Assembly: GCA_002633005.1 (NCBI GenBank)
Contig: NMRA01000100.1
Coordinates: 697,475-761,474 of the forward strand
Reading direction: 5' to 3'
Length of the DNA stretch: 64,000 nt
From: Phoronis australis
Taxonomy: Eukaryota; Animalia; Phoronida
This document shows, piece after piece, positions 63,572-64,000 of this stretch. Numbering within the stretch: position 1 is the stretch's first letter; the number at the start of each line of letters is the position of its first letter. A program made the position numbers and the translations under genes. Below the pieces are notes generated by a model that made no database searches, had not been told where the DNA came from, and saw nothing but the letters and a program-made list of their open reading frames with translations.

Positions 63572-64000
63572 ACAAAATCCAAATCGACTTTGTCCATTTT
63601 ATCTTTAATGTTTTGAAAAAAATCAGTATCATCGGCATTCGGCCTACATGAATTCACAAGAAATATTTCAAACTTTTAACTGCCAAAAAATTGCCAACCG
63701 AGTCCTTATGAATACATTCAACTTCATACTCAAAATTCGTGTTAAATAAAATGGACACATCCTAGAGTTTCCTGCTCCATGATGGAAATAACAATCTTAC
63801 CCTCACTGAGTTCTCACTATGTTTCAATATCACTTTTAAAATGCTCAATATAGTTAAAGACATCTTTTCGTTTAGATGAAGAATCCAAACCACTGCAATT
63901 CATGGAGACAACAAAAATCATTGCGTTGTTTTAGGGACTGAAATTACCTGCAAGTATGATATGCCAAAAGTGCCTGAGGCAAGAGAGAGTACTAACCAGG

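Overview
AT-rich eukaryotic genomic DNA, probably from an invertebrate animal (inferred from the repeat types; the species cannot be read from the sequence). One 15-exon plus-strand gene (CDS 357..55156, 2802 nt, 933 aa; all introns GT-AG and phase-compatible) dominates the window. It encodes a tandem-domain (D1-D2) protein tyrosine phosphatase-like protein with an R2B-type (PTPRM/K/T/U-like) exon layout. No signal peptide, ectodomain or TM segment is visible in the window. Both domains look catalytically crippled: D1 has KNAY, WNE, HCSNGAGR and Q-loop Gln->Ala; D2 has Cys->Ser. A ~315-aa Tyr-rich tail carries five PKA-type sites. Intron 12 holds a cluster of in-frame candidate microexons, one encoding YVNV, next to a consensus CTCF motif. 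Introns and the 3' flank contain Helentron-associated (DINE-1/HINE-like) elements with arrays of CTCF-like motifs, a decayed Kolobok-like transposon (THAP plus P2X7-ballast-like remnants), a hAT-like element with a 5-bp TSD, a short gag-only LTR element with a nested MITE, a Gypsy pol remnant, tRNA-derived SINEs, foldback MITEs, minisatellites and two N-joined duplications that are probably assembly/haplotype artefacts. All coordinates and translations were read by hand.
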